From Terriglobales bacterium (GTDB taxonomy: Bacteria > Acidobacteriota > Aminicenantia > Aminicenantales > Saccharicenantaceae): DNA of 64,000 nucleotides. The translations under genes were made by a program, and so were the position numbers. Where the stretch lies: contig DATKJS010000009.1 of the NCBI GenBank assembly GCA_035543515.1, positions 21,324 to 85,323 on the forward strand. The letters are read 5' to 3'. Below the pieces are notes generated by a model, which did not search any database, had not been told where the DNA came from, and saw nothing but the letters and a program-made list of their open reading frames with translations. Below, one piece after another: positions 63,083-64,000 of this stretch; position 1 is the stretch's first letter; each line of letters begins with the position of its first letter.

Positions 63083-64000
63083 TCAGCGGATGACCTGGTA
63101 GACCTCGCGCCAGGACTTGATCTGGAGCAGCGCCCCGACCGGGTTGGCCAGCATTTCGATGGTCGAGTTGTACTCCTGCATGAAGACCTCTCTCTTGCTG
63201 ATGCTCTCCGGCGCCGGCGTCCTCTGGATCTCGCCCAGGGTCACGGCCCGGCGGGCCTTGCTGACCATCTGCATGTACTCCGGAGGCACGGTGCTCGACG
63301 ACCGCAGGGCCGAGCCGCCGATGGGGATGCCCGAGGCGACCCGGAGCTGGCGGGAATAGAGCCGGCCCGCCGCGTCCAGGTTCAGGCAGGGATTGACGTT
63401 CTCGATGCTGCCCGGCAGGGTCGTGAAATAGACCGTGAAGTCGGCCACGACCGGGTCGGCCCAGACCTTGTAGCCCGCGCCGAGCTCGCCTTCCTTCTTG
63501 TCGGAGGAGAGGTTGAGGGCCGTGGGGTTGCCCATGTACCAGTCGATGGTGACGCCCGACGCGCCGAGGTCCGAGAGGGCGATGAAGGAGTAGTCGCGGT
63601 TGGCCGGCGCGGCGTCGTCGCCGCCCGTGCCGAAGTAGACCTGGGGAATTCGGGTGTCGGAGTAGGGATTGATCCAGACGGCCGGCTTGGTGATGATCGG
63701 GTAGTTGCTGTAGTCCGTGTAGATCGTCGAGAACGTCCAGGAGCCGAGGGAGGAGTTGCCGACGTCCAGCCGGTAGAGGCGGCCGTCGAGGTCGGCGGCG
63801 TAGACGTAGTTGACGTAGCCGTCGGAGTTCGTGTCCACGGTCGTCGGCGAGGCCACGAAGGCCGGCTGGATGTCGGTGTAGGCGGAGCGCGGCGCCGTGA
63901 AGAGGCTCGTGTCGACGTCGCCGACCGTCGTCGTCCAGAGGACGGCCCCGGTATCGATGCGGACGACGTAGAAGGTGCGGCCGGCGACCTTCTGGCCGAT
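63083..64000 (-). CDS. PilY1-like type IV pilus tip-associated protein, C-terminal part; 5' end outside the window
   Basis: DTNSDGYVNYVYAADLDGRLYRLDV is the PilY1/PilC beta-propeller signature. The frame stays open from 63857 to the window edge, so the GTG at 63856 is not the real start. Confidence 0.7.
   Translation of the reverse strand: MGQKVAGRTFYVVRIDTGAVLWTTTVGDVDTSLFTAPRSAYTDIQPAFVASPTTVDTNSDGYVNYVYAADLDGRLYRLDVGNSSLGSWTFSTIYTDYSNYPIITKPAVWINPYSDTRIPQVYFGTGGDDAAPANRDYSFIALSDLGASGVTIDWYMGNPTALNLSSDKKEGELGAGYKVWADPVVADFTVYFTTLPGSIENVNPCLNLDAAGRLYSRQLRVASGIPIGGSALRSSSTVPPEYMQMVSKARRAVTLGEIQRTPAPESISKREVFMQEYNSTIEMLANPVGALLQIKSWREVYQVIR

Overview
This is a 64-kb, very GC-rich (about 70% by eye) bacterial chromosomal segment. 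It appears to come from a diderm lineage (beta-barrel OMP, Wza and PilY1 genes) with anaerobe-type metabolism (2-oxoacid:ferredoxin oxidoreductase, HypF, QueH). Taxonomy cannot be assigned from the sequence alone. I call 57 protein-coding genes and find no rRNA, tRNA, CRISPR array, transposase, integrase or reverse transcriptase.

Gene blocks:
- 1-14.2 kb: housekeeping and redox genes (M50 protease, hypF, queH, KAS III-like, CoA-transferase, TlpA, a four-subunit 2-oxoacid:ferredoxin oxidoreductase, endonuclease IV-like, thiC).
- 14.5-35.7 kb: 17 co-directional genes forming a Wzx/Wzy-type exopolysaccharide locus. It has four glycosyltransferases, a VanZ-fused priming transferase, a geranylgeranyl-reductase-like flavoprotein, an OMP-Wza-Wzc export module, a ligase-like protein and a TPR protein. 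These are followed by a CarboxypepD_reg protein, an NTP_transf_5-like protein and an ABC-2 transporter.
- 36.1-40.4 kb: rsmD, rpmE, prfA, prmC.
- 40.4-44.6 kb: a c-di-GMP module (HD-GYP and a GAF-GGDEF-PilZ fusion).
- hutU.
- 46.8-50.0 kb: a sigma-54-driven five-gene cassette (twin-Cx6C secreted mini-protein, NHL propeller, CPVC thioredoxin-fold protein, 6-TM protein, ABC ATPase).
- 50-57.6 kb: carbohydrate genes (DUF4091-like, glgC, GH-like, CrtI-like, atypical pfkA).
- lemA-TPM-TPM, prolyl oligopeptidase, and the 3' part of a pilY1-like gene.

Most interesting non-coding signals:
- A highly structured intergenic element (358 bp, 29-bp terminal inverted repeats). Its 115-nt core recurs 23.7 kb away in inverted orientation at 108/115 identity.
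- An ops/JUMPStart-like GGCGGTAGCCTG in the EPS operon leader.
- A consensus sigma-54 promoter with an upstream palindrome in front of the mini-protein cassette.

All functional calls rest on motif recognition by eye. No database search was run.
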